Shown piece after piece: positions 49,571 through 64,000 of a stretch of 64,000 bases of DNA. The notes under the pieces were generated by a model, which worked only from the letters and a program-made list of their open reading frames with translations, was not told where the DNA came from and did not search any database. The position numbers and the translations under genes were made by a program. Source of the stretch: Octopus sinensis. Taxonomy: Eukaryota. The stretch's first letter is position 1. The number at the start of each line of letters is the position of its first letter. The stretch lies in contig NC_043008.1 in assembly GCF_006345805.1 (NCBI RefSeq), positions 66,712,001-66,776,000 of the forward strand. The letters are read 5' to 3'.

Positions 49571-50740
49571 TTACCATTCTTATTTCTTTATTGCCTACAA
49601 GGGGCTAAACATAGAGGGGACAAACAAAGGTATTAAGTCGATTACATCGACCCCAGTGAATAACTGGTACTTAATTTTTCGACCCCTGAAAGGATGAAAG
49701 GCTAAGTCGACCTCAGTGAAATTTGAACTCAGAACGTAACAGCAGACATAATACCGCTAAGCTTTTCGCCCGGCGTGCTAACGCTTCTTATTTCTTTATT
49801 GCCCACAAGGGGCTAAACATAGAGGGGACAAACAAGGACAGACAAAGGGATTAAGTCGATTACATCAACCCCAGTGCATAACTAGTACTTAATTTATCAA
49901 CCCTGAAAGGATGAAAGGAAAAGTTGACCTTGGCAGAATTTGAACTCAGAACATAATGGCAGACGAAATACCGCTAAGCATTTTGCCCGGCATGCTAACG
50001 TTTCTACCAGCTCACTGCCTTGTCTATCACCATTCTACTGACCAATGCACTCCGACCAAAACAGTGAGTGATGACTACACTGTATACGCACACCTGGTGT
50101 TAGAATTATTAAACACAGCAAGAGAAGGAATACTTTTTATGTTTACGTAGCTAAAGTTTACTTCTCTAAATAATACTGATTGGCAAATACAAAGACCTAG
50201 TGTATTACAGATAAAATGAACTTGTTATATACTACAGATGTATCACTGATAATTGTATCATTAAATATATATATATATAAATATGCAAACATATGTTATG
50301 AAGCTTTGCCATGAGTGGAGATAGAAAATTTATCAAATTTAAATTGCTTAGAAACTGAAATTTATAAAGAATGTGTAAAATAACCATTGTGAGTAATAGT
50401 TTATGGTAACCTAGATTTATCTTTGAAGAATTTGATGATTATCCAAAGAATTTATATTATCAAGTTTCAGTCAATAAATTATAACAGAATATATATATTT
50501 TCATAGGGCAAGCCTAAGTGTGTGGTTGAGGAGCCTGCTTCCTAACTATGTGGTCATGAGTTCAGTCCTACAGTACAGTACCTTGGGCAAGCGTATTCTA
50601 TAATAATAAATGCCAAAATGAATTTCTGTGTGTCAGTGTGTCACACTTTGATCCCCTCTCTCACTATTCAATGACACTTCTACTATTCCGTGTGCTGGGG
50701 TGAGAGTAATAGTAGAGATGGCAAAGGTGGTGGCAAAGAC

Positions 50741-50773
<33 letters not shown>

Positions 50774-52510
50774 GAAAGAGAGAAAGATAAAGAAAAAGAG
50801 AGGTAGAGAAAGAGAGACAAAGAAATTTAGGGAGAGTTGGTGACGGTTTATTAAAAGTAGTTGTGTTGATGATGGCAGTAGGAGTAATAATAATAATGAG
50901 AGAGAGAAAGAGTGGGTATGTGGTATGTTTAGCCATGTCTCTTTAACAGAAATTCCTATGGCCAACATACTGAACCAGCATACTGAACACTATCATTTTT
51001 GCTTTATTTTTTGCTTTCTTTAATACATACATACACACATATATATATATGCACACACACACATATGTATACACAAATACACACACACATACACACACAC
51101 ATACACTCACATACCACTTAGCTGTTGTTCTACATTTTCTATCTCTGAACTTTCTTGCATAGATTACTTCATTCAATTAGTTTCTACAATTTGATTCTAT
51201 TGGAAGAAGAATAAAATATATTTTTATGTAGTAAATATATAGATTCTGTAATTATTCTTTCATATCTCTATGAACTCTTGTATTAACATACATGCAGATA
51301 CATCAACACTTTGTACTACCTATATATTCCACAAGTTCTGAATCTGTAGTCCTTTTTCTTTTTTCTAAAAAAAAAGGGAACATATTGGATAATGTAACTG
51401 TACATAGTTGCTGAATAAAAAAAACCTCGACAGACTTGGTTAAAGTACTTTGACTTTAGGCTTGTTTGATCAGGGTTGACCTTGGAGTTAGGCAACATCA
51501 AAGCAATGATGCAACTTCTGAATGATGATTATAAAGAATAATAATGATAGCAATAATGATAACAAAAAACAACAACGATATCAATGATAATAATGATAGT
51601 TATAATTATGGAGAGGGGGAGGTAGAAGAATAGAGGAAGTATGATAATAAGGAAGGGGCATGTGCTAATCGAAGTGATTTATCAGTTAAACTGATCTTGG
51701 AATGTCGTTAATTACAATGTAAAAAGGGCAGGCCTAATACATACATACATACATACATACAGACATATACACACACACACACCACACACATACATACATA
51801 CATACATACATACATACTTACATACATACACACATACAAACATGCACACATATACATATATACATACATACATAGATACATACATACATGCATACATATG
51901 TACAGACATACTTACATACATACACACATACAAACATACACACATATACATATATACATACATGCATACATAAGTGTGTATTTGTGTGCATGTGTATTAT
52001 ATGTATTTATGTATTTTGTATATGTGTGTGTACATGTGTAGTTGTATGTATATATATGAGTGTATTTATGTGTGTGAGAAAGTGAGAGAGAGAAAGGAGT
52101 TTGTTTATGCATGCATGCGTGTGTGTGTGTGTGTTTATATGTGTGGTGTGTGTGTGTGTGCACATGTGTATGTGTGTGTCATAGTAATTATGACTGGTTA
52201 TTCTTAAGTGGATAATTTACATAATCGAACATTTATCAAACTCATTAATATCATAAGATTTAATTAGCGAATCACCATTAATTTGGCAAAAATCAATATT
52301 AATCAGCTTGGTGATGTGCACCATAGAACAGGCCAGCCTCTGGTAAAGCGAGGCCAAGACCAAGATTCCATTTTATATTCGAATGTATTGCACTTCGCTT
52401 ATCACTATTGTTCACAATGGGAAACAAATGTTGAGACCATCACATATCCTATAACCCACTCCAAAAGTACTGGGGCATTATTCTTAAAACCTGTCTTGAA
52501 TGACTCAACA

Positions 52511-52587
<77 letters not shown>

Positions 52588-53208
52588 AAGAGATCAGCAT
52601 GATCCCTTAATCCAATCTAATAAATAGTAGTCTTCTCTCTCTCTCCCTTTCATTCCATCCTACAGTTCTCGAAAAATATGGTGAGGTCACATTAGACAAT
52701 GTAAGAATGAAAGACTTAAATAAGATGGGATGGTAACATGCATTTTTATCTATATGCATATCTATGTATCTGTCTGTCTGTATGTATATCTTTCTCCCAC
52801 TCCCTATCTCTCTCTCTATATATATATACATACATGTACATACATACATATATGTATACATATTAATATACATACATGCATACACATACACACTCACACA
52901 TATACCTTTACCTGTTTCAGTCATTAGACTGTGGCCATGCTGGGGCACCACCTTGAGTATTTAGTTAAATGAATCAACCCCAGTACTTATTTTTTAAGCC
53001 TGGTACTTATTCTATTGGTGTCTTTTGGCAAACTGCTAAGTTATGGGGATGTAAACACACCAACACCGGTTGTCAAATGGTGATGGTGGGGACAAACATA
53101 GACACACACACACGCACATATGTACATATATATATATATATGACAGGTTTCTTTCAGTTTCCGTCTATCAAATCCACTCACTAGGCTTTGGTTGGCCTAA
53201 AGCTATAG

Positions 53209-53560
53209 TATTGGGTTGAGGAATAATTCATGAGCATTTTTTTCAAATTCAAAAATGCATGCAGAAATGAAAAGCATTGGCAAAATGTTTTATGTTGTTT
53301 GAAAAAGAATTTTTTACTTTACAAGATAGTGTGTTTTGATTTTTTAAATTTTGTTGATTTTTGTGTGTTATCATTAAAATGGAATTGAAGTTGACAAAAC
53401 TGAGCATTTTCGACACCATTTGCTTTTTGCATTTAATCACAGTGCTAAGCCTGTCGAAGCTGCTCATAAGATTTGTGTTTTGCATGGAGAAAGAGCAATG
53501 CCTCAAAGTACCACTTGCCATTGGTTTCCACACTTCAAAAATGGGAATTTTGACTTCAAG
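53209..53560 (+). pseudogene. Mariner left end and transposase N-terminus
   Basis: TIR-like TATTGGGTTGAGGAATAATT. Reads MELK/VDKTEHFRHHLLFAFNHSAKPVEAAHKICVLHGERAMPQSTTCHWFPHFKNGNFDFK. Confidence 0.8.
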
Positions 53561-55043
53561 GCCAGACCACAACCAGTCAGGGAAAGAGACAGGGAGTGAG
53601 AAATTGAAGAGTTTGGTGAAAAGTAGAAAAGCTCTGGATGTTTCAAAGAGACATCAAAGAACCCTAGCATAAAAAATTATCCATACTATTCTAACAACAA
53701 AGGAGTTGTAAATTTTATTTCAACAAATGTAGAACTTAGAAGAAATAACCCCTGAATTCTTTGTGAAATGGTTCTACTATGTAGATAGACAACAAAGATC
53801 TTCGCAACAAACTGCTTTGAAATAGACAAAATCAACAAGAAGTAGAGACAAAATACACATCTAGTTTCTCTTAGCAATAAAACTGAGGAAATAAAAATTA
53901 CATTAGTAATAATCTACATTAAAATCAAAGGGTTTGGGTTCTGCTGTTAACTTGTGGGAATAAAGGCATGGCCTTCATCCAAAAAATACATCTGCTTATT
54001 CAATGCATTCCTACAATTTGGTACACAAGAAATAGCGTTGGAAAAATTCAATAGTTTTGCAGTAAAGTTATGTGTCATTCTTGGCATCAGATATCCAAAA
54101 CAAAATCAGCAATAGAAAATTACAGGAGATTTAGCTTGACATTAAGAAGGTGCATTGGTACCTGTTCAGATGCATCACCATTTTGGCTGAGACCTGCCAT
54201 GTGAATAGACATCATTTTAGATATCATAAATTATTTTCTCTTTCTTTTGCCTCTCAATTTTTTTTCTATTCTTTTATCTTCTCTTTGAGAAAAGGTATCA
54301 CTTGAAACATCAGATTCTTCTCTGTTTCTTCCTTTGGGGTATCAGCTTCTTTATAAACTTCTTCTTTGTTTATTTTTTTGAACTTATATTTCTATATTAT
54401 TGGACACATGCTTTTGCTTGTGTGACACCACATGGCATTTTTTATTTGTTTCTTTCCTATTTGCTTCAAATTTTACCTACTTTGCTTGTGTGATTTTTAC
54501 CTATTCATATACTTATACCTACATAAAATTACTTGTCACTACTTCATGGAGTGACCAAAACAATCCCCATCAGACTATGGTATAGAACTCTTGTTATCAT
54601 CAACATTATAATAAACTATTTCATGGAAAAATCAATTTGACAATCTGACAGCTACGTAAGTTTCTCTCCCAGAGCATAATAATCCCACTATTATCAGAGG
54701 TCACTTAATCACATTAAATACTAGGTAAAAACCCTGAAAGATAACTAATCAAAGAAAGGCTTGGAAGCACTTTATATAAATTATTCTAAGAAATTTAGAG
54801 TAAAATCAAAAGCACAATATTCAGAGCAATTTGTAAACATAGAAATCTGTGATTATTAGAGAGTTTGGTTATCTAGCTGATTGGTCTGTTAATGTTGAGA
54901 AATTTGGCATTATAAAATTCAGAAATTATGTGAGTAATTAGAGAATTAGAATAATTACAAATTATTAATTGGACTGGAAAAATATGTAAATCATTCCAGA
55001 AATTAAATCTGTAATTCGTATATGTATAGACAGATGTCATATG

Positions 55044-55119
<76 letters not shown>

Positions 55120-56091
55120 TATATACATACATATATATGTCAATACAGGCTAGTTCAAACACACGCACATACCTTTATACATGCATGCATATATAAATAT
55201 ATATACATATGTATGTACATACATAGTGACATACATGTGTACATGCATATGTGCATGCATAAACATATATGTACGTAGGTACAGGAGTGGCTGTGTAGTA
55301 AGTAGCTTGCTTACCAACCACATGGTTTCAGGTTCAATCCACTGCATGGCACCTTGAGCAAGTGTCTTCTACTATAGCCTTGGGCTGACCAAAACCTTGT
55401 GAGTGGATTTGGTAGATGGAAACTGAAAGAAGCCCCTCATATATATATATGTGTGTGTGTGTGAGTATGTCTGTGTGTGTGTATGTGAGTGTATGTTTCT
55501 GTGTCTGTGTTTGACCCCAAACATCGCTTGACAACCAGTGTTGGTGTGTTTACATCCCTGTAACTTAGCAGTTCAGCAAAAGAGACCGATACAATAAGTA
55601 CTAGGTATACAAAGAATAAGTCCTGGGATCAATTTGTTCGACTAAAGGTGGTGCTCCAGCATAGCCACAGTCAAATGACTGAAACAAATAAAAGAATAAA
55701 AGAATAAATTTGTTAGCAACAGAGGCAGTATCAATACTGCAAGGTGATATGTATCCTCACTTAAACTCACTGCCTAATCACAACATCAGTACCTGTTCTG
55801 GCACTGTGATTCCATACATCTCTGGCTGGAAAATGGATCACAGCTATATATGATGGTCAAGTATTCATCACTGACAAGACCAAGGAAGAGCAAAATCATG
55901 TGATCTGGTGGTGTCAGTGATAGAGGTGGCAGGGATTTATCTCCCTTCTAGCAAAATAAATAAGAGTGCATTTTGCACCAGTATCCAATATGACTGTTTC
56001 TCTCAGGGTTACTACTGCAGTATAGCTTGTTCTAATAGAACCTCCATGTTTACATGCATACATATATACATACATGCATACATACATACAT

Positions 56092-56730
56092 TGTTGTTTG
56101 TACCTTCTCGAGCCACGCCTGGCTCATAAGGACTGGTTTCCTGGTTTCCTTGGCATATAGGTTCCCCACCTGGATGGGATGCTGGTCCATCGCAGGTGAG
56201 CTGCAAGATGCAGGAGGAAAGAGTGAAAGTTGTAGCGAAAGAGTCAGCAGAAGTTCACCATTACCTTCTGCCGGAGCCACATAGAGCTTAGTTGTTTCGC
56301 TCAGAAACATACACATCACCCAGTGTGAGATTTGAATCCGTGATCCCTCGACTGTGAGTCTGCTGCTCTAACCACTAGGCCATGTGCCTCCACACATACA
56401 TACATACATACATAAAAAAGGATAAAGATCCTTTCAGTCATGAATGACAAGGAATTGCACCTAGAAAGTTACTCTCCGAGCTACAAGTCCAAGCAAGGTT
56501 GTTTCATGGAAGACCAGCAGTTGCCCATGCATACCAGCCACCGATGTTATCTGAGGAAAAGGCAAAAGCTGATAAAGCTTGGCACCATTGACGTTGCTAC
56601 TCATTTCTACAGATGAGTGAACCGGAACAACGTGAAAGAAAGTGTCTAGCTCAAGAACACAACATAACCTGGTCTGGGAATCGAACTCACTACCTAATGA
56701 TTGTGAGCTTAACATTCTAACCACCAAGCC
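56092..56730 (-). mobile_element. Adjacent SINEs: family C (56092-56393) and family D (56440-56730)
   Basis: Homologous to 8195-8495 and to the reverse complement of 24375-24628 respectively. Confidence 0.75.
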
Positions 56731-57805
56731 AGGCACCTTTACATGTATACATGTGTATACATAAAAAAAACGATTAAAGGTCATTCCTGAGTCATAGGCC
56801 AGTTTCTTGGATTCTGTAGCATATATAAAATATTCCCCTACCGGACTGGGTGCTGATCCATCATAGGATTACTTACACTTGCCAACTGAGTGACTGGAGT
56901 AGTGTGAAATGAAGTACCTTTCTCAAGAACTCAATGTATTATCTGGTCCAGGAATCAAAACCACAATCTTACAATCATGTATGCAACACCTGTACCTCTA
57001 AGTACATATCTACATGTACACATGTACCTACATGAGTACATATAGATATGTACATACAGAGATATGTTCACACATGCAAGCATATATAATTCATACATAC
57101 GTATGTATACATCATCATCATCATCATTATCATCGTGTAATGTCTGTTTTCCATATTGGTATGGGTTGGATGGTTTGACAGGAGCTGGCTAGGTAGAAGA
57201 CTGTACTTGACTCTTCTATCTGTTTTGGCACAGTTTTTATGGCTAGATACCCTTCGTAACACTAACCACCCTGCAGAGTGGACTAAGTGCTTTTTACATA
57301 TATACATAAATATATGCATACATACATGCATGAATAGATGCATACATAAATACACATTCAGATTACTCTATCAAATATAATGCTTAGCCTTAGATCTAGG
57401 TAAGAAACCGGCTCTTTCTCTATGGGCAAGAAATCTTGAAGTAAAGCTAAACAATGACATACATACATACATACATACATACATACATACATAAAAAGCA
57501 CATACATACATATAAAACATATATATATATATATATATATCCATACATGTATACATACAAAATACATATATATTGTATGTACTCATGTAAAAGTTGAATT
57601 TTTAAACCATTTTTAATGTCAAATTTATGGGGTCAACTATTACATGGATACTATTTTTGAGGGGCTGAAATTCAAGTTAGAATCTGAAGTATCCTATCAG
57701 CAGGAGAAGCCCAACTGATCTCTAAGTGAAGAGAAACAAAAACACAATGAATTACTGTAATATTACCAATTCTATACATCTCTCACACACACCACAAACA
57801 CACAG

Positions 57806-57871
<66 letters not shown>

Positions 57872-58049
57872 GGTACAGAAATATTAAGACACACACACAC
57901 ATATACATACATACATACATATTTACAAACACTGGGAAAACCTCTTAACTCAAAAAATCTTGATACTTCATTAGTGACCAGCTTGAGCTTTCTCAAGAAG
58001 AACTTAAATCAAACTCAAAGAAACATCATACATAGATGCATATATACAT

Positions 58050-58412
58050 TGGCAGAATATTCCCACTAAAACTTCTATCAAGTGTAAACATAAGCAGGAT
58101 ATTGTTGTTTAGAACAGTCATGAAAATGTATGTAGTCATAGAGGCTAGCTGCCCCACTGATGTGAATATTTCTTTGATAATAAAAATGAAAGAAGATATG
58201 AACAATGGCTTTGAAACCTCCAACTTCTATATTCACATTATAAATTCATATTTAAGCAATAATAATTTATGCACTTTGTTTTGTGAATAAAAGCCGAAGT
58301 GATAAACTGGATCAGCTAGGTATTTCAATAAAATAATCAACCAGCTAATTTGCACAATGCAAATACAATTTGTAAATGGAACAGTAAAAAATATGTAAGA
58401 CTTTTTTCAAGC
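58050..58412 (+). pseudogene. R4/NeSL-type LINE restriction-like endonuclease (PD-D/E) 3' fragment
   Basis: WQNIPTKTSIKCKHKQDIVV*NSHENVC/VVIEASCPTDVNISL..KED..LDQLG..NGTVK/ICKTFF. Confidence 0.7.
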
Positions 58413-60185
58413 TTTGTTAGAAACAAGGTTCTTCCTTATAGGAAGATTTCAGATAGAACAGAGCATACATGCATACAGCTGATTCTAGCTTATGTAATAA
58501 CAAAACAGATAATGATGTGCTTTGCATTGGTTCCAACAGTCAAATAAGAGTTGTAAATAAAAATAAGAAACAACAAAATGTGTGACAATGAAATGGTGAA
58601 TGTAACAATGTTAAGTTGACTTACATATTTGTAACTGGACTGAATTATAGCCAGAAGCTCGTTATAGTATCTAAAAAACTGACAAAAGTTCTCTTTGAGT
58701 GTTAAGTTCACATCTCACCAGGCACAAACTCTTTGTGGTGTCTGTCTTCAGTATACTGTGTCCTTTTATACTAAGGCTTTATCTTCTTCCTGTAAGCCTG
58801 TGTGTTTTATATCTCCTCTGTGAATGATTCTTCTATGTTTTTTGTTTTCTATGTGCCTGTGTTCTCTTAGCCTAAAATTATATCATCTCCTTCCTGTAAA
58901 CCTGTGTCTTTTACATCTTTTATATGCCTGAGTCCTCTATATCTTCTGTTTTCTGTATGCTTGCATCTTAAATATGGCTTAGATATTACTGATGTCTAAC
59001 AAAGCAAGTTCATTTAGCTGAATTCTTCATTGTTTCATTCAAACATTTGCTCATTACATATAGATCCGTGTCAATTGTCTAACACCAATTCACCTTCAAA
59101 TTACCTCCATTATTCTCTGTGGTATACATTGTAGTTGTTGCTAATAGACAGCTTGGCTAGCAGAAGTCATACGCTTATTGTTATGGCCAATGGCATTCAC
59201 AGGTTGTAGGAGACACTGGGAACTGGTTACAGTTACCTCCTTAAATACTCATGCACTACCCAGAGTTGTGATGTCATGAAATTTCAAAGGTATTTGCACT
59301 CAAAAGAACCGCAATGCTTCTCCTTCTTTATAGGGTATTGGTTTTAGGTGCCTCGTTTCGCAGTTACACAAAGAGATCTCATTCGCATTGTCCTGTGGAC
59401 ATTTTACAGTTTCTGCAATTGTTTTTCTCACTCAGCAAGTCAAGTTCTTTGTTCCAGGTGTCTAATGCTGCTAATGGATGCCTTTTGTTAATGTATATCC
59501 TCACACACATACACACACACACCCTCACACACATATACCACAAACACACACAGTTCACACACACACATGTATATACACAATTAAAGAAATATTAAGAGAC
59601 TGAAAGAGCATATGAGCATGCACGCATACATATATACAATCACACACACTCACACACTCACACACACATATATATATGTATATATATACATGCATATATA
59701 CATATATACATATATATGTAAACACACTCACACATATATATGTACCCACACCCACACACACACACACACACACACACATCATTTCTTCACAAGATCAGAT
59801 AAATTATTTACAAGATAGTCTAGAGCATATATTCAACCTTATCAGTTATTTACGATATTTACTTAGATCTTCTCATGCTTTCTTCCTTTTTTGTTTTGAA
59901 AGGTTTTAACACACTTTTTAGTGAATATTCATTCTTTTTCATTGTTAATTTATATCTTAAATGGGAGTATGCTTTGTATGATATATATCCATTCTATAAT
60001 TCCCAAGGTACTCGCACATGTAAATGCATACCAACACACACACACACACACTCATACGAGTGTGCGCACAATTATTTGTAGGATTCATTTGCATCAAGGT
60101 ATTTTAATATTAAGGACACCAAGTGAGGGTCAAGATTTGCATATCTGTATTATATACTATCCAAACACATCCATATATATCTATG

Positions 60186-60237
<52 letters not shown>

Positions 60238-60247
60238 CATTCACAAA

Positions 60248-60478
60248 GATGAAAATGTCTTTATTCTAAAATTTCCTCTCCTTCCATTTGAATTTAAGAG
60301 GTTTCAAGTTCCAGACAAACTAAGTTTTGGTATTTCAATTTCAATTAACAAATCTCAGGGTGAATCCCATGGCCAACTCTATATTGGTTGCTCATGATTT
60401 GGAAGCAGCAACAATTTATTCATTAGGACACCAACAAAAAATTATACAATGAATATTGTTTACTATGAGGTGCTTTAA
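60248..60478 (+). pseudogene. Helitron helicase C-terminal fragment
   Basis: DENVFILKFPLLPFEFKRFQVPDKLSFGISISINKSQG..SHGQLYIGCS*FGSSNNLFI..NIVYYEVL*. Confidence 0.85.
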
Positions 60479-60786
60479 GATTGACAGATTTTCAGTTCCA
60501 AATTCTATCATCATTACAATTTGAATATTTTAAAAATAAAATATAGATATTTTGAAACAATTATGAGAAAAAAATATATCTTCATCTTTATTGTTTAGTA
60601 ATCTGAATAAAAACAGCAGTAACCCAGGTGATATATATAAACACAGATGATATATATAAACATACACACACAGAGTCTAATGAAGATTAAGCAGACCTAA
60701 ACTTTACAGTTACTATTGACATCATTCTTGCAACTTCATGTGAAATTGTATTTATTTTAACTCAGTATAAATGCAAAAATTAATAT

Positions 60787-60841
<55 letters not shown>

Positions 60842-60877
60842 GATAGATAGATAGATATAGATATAGATATAGATATG

Positions 60878-60914
<37 letters not shown>

Positions 60915-61292
60915 GTATATGTATGTTTGTATGTATGTAGTTTTTCTACCTGACCAGCTTCTGTCAACCATCCTACCCATGCATGCATGCAGGATGGACG
61001 TTAGACAATGATGGTGATGATGATGTATGTGTATAAGAATGTGTAATCTTTATTGTTTTCCTTGTATCCGACATTAGAGTGTAACCATACTGAAACGACA
61101 TCTTCGACAGTTTACTCATGTACTTATTTCATCTGTTTACAGAGAGAAGTGGCAACACCGGTTGTGAAGCATTGGCAAACAAACACAAAGACAATTACAT
61201 AGAACTTTTCTACATTTTCACTCTACCAAATGCATTCACACTCAGTGCAGGGATTTAGCAGATACACATATGAATATATATACATACCTAAA

Positions 61293-61329
<37 letters not shown>

Positions 61330-61400
61330 GTATATGTATGTATGTATATATATATATATATTCTTTATATATATATCTTTATATATATATATCTTTATAT

Positions 61401-61464
<64 letters not shown>

Positions 61465-62359
61465 TGTATATACCTATATATGTTTAGGTGCAGGCGTGGC
61501 TATATGGTAGGAAGATTGCTACCCAATCACATGGTTCTGGGTTCAGTCCCATTGCATGGTAAATTGTGCAAGTGTCTTCTACTATAGCCTCGAGCCGACA
61601 GAAGCCATGTGAGTGGATTTGGTAGATGGAAACTGAAAGAAGTCCGTTGTGTATATACATAGATATATACATATATAAATATTCATATAGATATATAACG
61701 TTTTCTCTCTCTATTTTCTCTTCTTCCTTCTTTTTTCTCCCTTTTCTTTCTCTCTATTTCCCCTCTATCTTTTTTCTCTCTTCTTTCTCTGTATTCTTTC
61801 TATCTATTTTCCTTCCTCTCCATGCTCTCCCTATTTTTTCCTTCCTTTTTCCTTTTCCTTCTCTTTATTTCTATTTCCTTACAAGACGAATGAACCCATT
61901 CAAATCTATTTAACATTCACTCTATTTTGACTGGTGATACAGTATGGACAGATTTTCAAAATCCAATGATACCCTACACGCCTATTTGGTTATGAAATTT
62001 TACAAATACACTCTCTCAGGGAGATATGATATACCTATTATTATGGGTAATACTACATGTACATTTTTATAGTGTGATGTAACTCTTTGGAATAACAATG
62101 CATGCAGCTGAAGAGAGCTTTAAACCATCTTTTATATCTATTATACACTGATGTAAGAACAGGTCGTTTATAAAGCTTGAAACACGTGTACAGAGACATC
62201 CTTTGTGTTCTGTTTTTGATTTTATTTGATATATACCCTCTCACCTCTGCCACTAGCTGGCGCATACAGGTGCTTACACTTATCAAGTATTCACCCTAAA
62301 TTTGCAGTACCTACTTTATATTTATATATGTATACATCTATGTGTATGTGTGTATGTCT

Positions 62360-63493
62360 CTGTGTCTGTGTTTGTCCCCCTTTATCACTTGACAACTGGT
62401 GGTGGTGTGTTTATGTCCCTGTAACTTTGCAGTTTGGCAACAGAGTACCTAGGGTCAATTTGTTCAACTAAAACCCTTCAAGGCAGTGCTCCAGCATGGC
62501 TGAAGTCAAATGACTGAAACAAGTAAAAGATAAAAGAAAGATGAAAGATATTTGATTTTGATTTTGATTTTTCCAGTTTCAGCTCATAAGCTGTGGCCAT
62601 GCTGGGGCACCGCCATTATTTTATAATATATATTACTCTTTACTCTTTTTACTCTTTTACTTGTTTCAGTCTATTGACTGCGGCCATGCTGGAGCACCAC
62701 CTTTAGTCGAGCAAATCGACCCCAGGACTTATTCTTTGTAAGTCCAGTACTTATTCTATCGGTCTCTTTTGCCGAACCGCTAAGTGATGGGGACGTAAAC
62801 ACACCAGCATCGGTTGTCAAGCAATGCTGGAGGGACAAACACAGACACACAAACATACACACACATATATATATATATATACATATACCAACAGATGTTG
62901 GTGTGTTTATGTCTCTTTAACTTAGTGGTTTGACAAAAGAGACCGACAGAATGAGTACTAGGCTTACAAAGAATAAGTCCTGGGGTCGATTTCTTTGGCT
63001 AAAAGTGGTGCTCCAGCATGGCTGCAGTCTAACCACTAAAACAAATAAAAGAATAAAAGAATATATATATATATATAGTATATATACTCTTTTACTCTTT
63101 TACTTGTTTCAGTCATTTGACTGTGGCCATGCTGGAGCACCGCCTTCAGTCGAGCAAATCGACCCCAGGACTTATTCTTTGTAAGTCCAGTACTTATTCT
63201 ATCGGTCTCTTTTGCCGAACCGCTAAGTGACGGGGACGTAAACACACCAGCATCGGTTGTCAAGCAATGCTGGAGGGACAAACACAGACACACAAACATA
63301 CACACACATATATATATATACATATATACGACGGGCTTCTTTCAGTTTCCATCTACCAAATCCACTCACAAGGCTTTGGTCGGCCCGAGGCTATAGCAGA
63401 AGACACTTGCCCAAGATGCCACACAGTGGGACTGAACCTGGAACCATGTGGTTGGTAAGCTAGCTACTTACCACACAGCCACTCCTGCGCCTA
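62360..63493. mobile_element. Cluster of family B SINE pieces in alternating orientation
   Basis: 62360-62545(+), 62570-62620(-), 62636-62888(-), 62890-63062(+) and 63085-63493(-). Confidence 0.8.
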
Positions 63494-64000
63494 TATATGT
63501 ATGTTTAAATAAATAAATATATATATATATATGCATATACACACATACACATTATTTATAGTTTAACAAAGCAACCAATGGTTTCCTTAAGGAGCTCTTG
63601 ACAATTGTTCAAGTGTGCCACATGGAGCGTTGGTACTCATGTTTATTTTGGATGAGAATACATGAGATTACACAAGACTGAACAGGATTTTAATATAAAT
63701 ACACAGATCATAGGAAATATCTTATAAGAATATCTTCATTGTGATCTCTCTGGATTCTTACAAGAAATTACGTTCATGAAAGATGAATAATTTTTTCATT
63801 ATCTTATGTGGGAATGCTTGAGCACACCCATATCTATAAATATATAGATACATGTAGACTTTTATGTTCAGTCAAGAATCGGATCATCCTCGCAATTTCG
63901 GCAGATTAATCTTGAGATTGCTCCAATCTGGCCAGCCCCAAGGAAAAGCTAAGCTAAGAGCATTAGATTCCTTGGAAGAAAGCATCAAATGTATACGAAA

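Noticed and set aside
52283-52500. 70-codon open stretch in unique sequence
   Set aside because: No splice signals or recognisable domain, and the frame runs into (AG)n.
53690-53900. Possible PLE RT remnant (PEFFVKWFYYVD)
   Set aside because: A single loose motif with no second Asp and no ordered flanking motifs.
59200-59470. Possible upstream 5' exon of the minus-strand gene (GAG|GTAACT donor)
   Set aside because: It lies 31 kb from exon A with nothing linking them; a donor motif alone is insufficient.

Overview
AT-rich eukaryotic DNA dense in microsatellites and transposon debris. The tRNA-derived SINE families and the (TA)/(CA)/(TATG) load suggest an octopus or other coleoid cephalopod genome; this is inference, not database-checked. 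The window holds one supportable host gene, on the minus strand: four phase-compatible coding exons (28184-28010, 24921-24853, 23827-23606, 21632-21392) and a likely terminal exon (20434-20365). They encode a ~236-258 aa four-transmembrane protein that resembles TMEM272-like proteins. Most of the rest is decayed mobile DNA: Penelope-like elements (PLE; RT and GIY-YIG), RTE and R4/Dong-type LINE fragments, mariner, hAT and Helitron fragments, MITEs, four SINE families and a 5' U6 snRNA fragment. The most unusual recurring signal is a set of minimal type-I hammerhead-ribozyme-like motifs (2334-2378, 33284-33397, 36945-36990, 37195-37229). They lie next to PLE tails and long near-perfect inverted duplications (9337-9876, 20604-20981, 33261-33430, 37236-37502), suggesting a PLE-derived, ribozyme-bearing foldback element system. 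Almost all ORFs in the supplied track are microsatellite artefacts. There are no CRISPR arrays, rRNA genes or intact tRNA genes. All calls were made by eye and coordinates of decayed elements are approximate.
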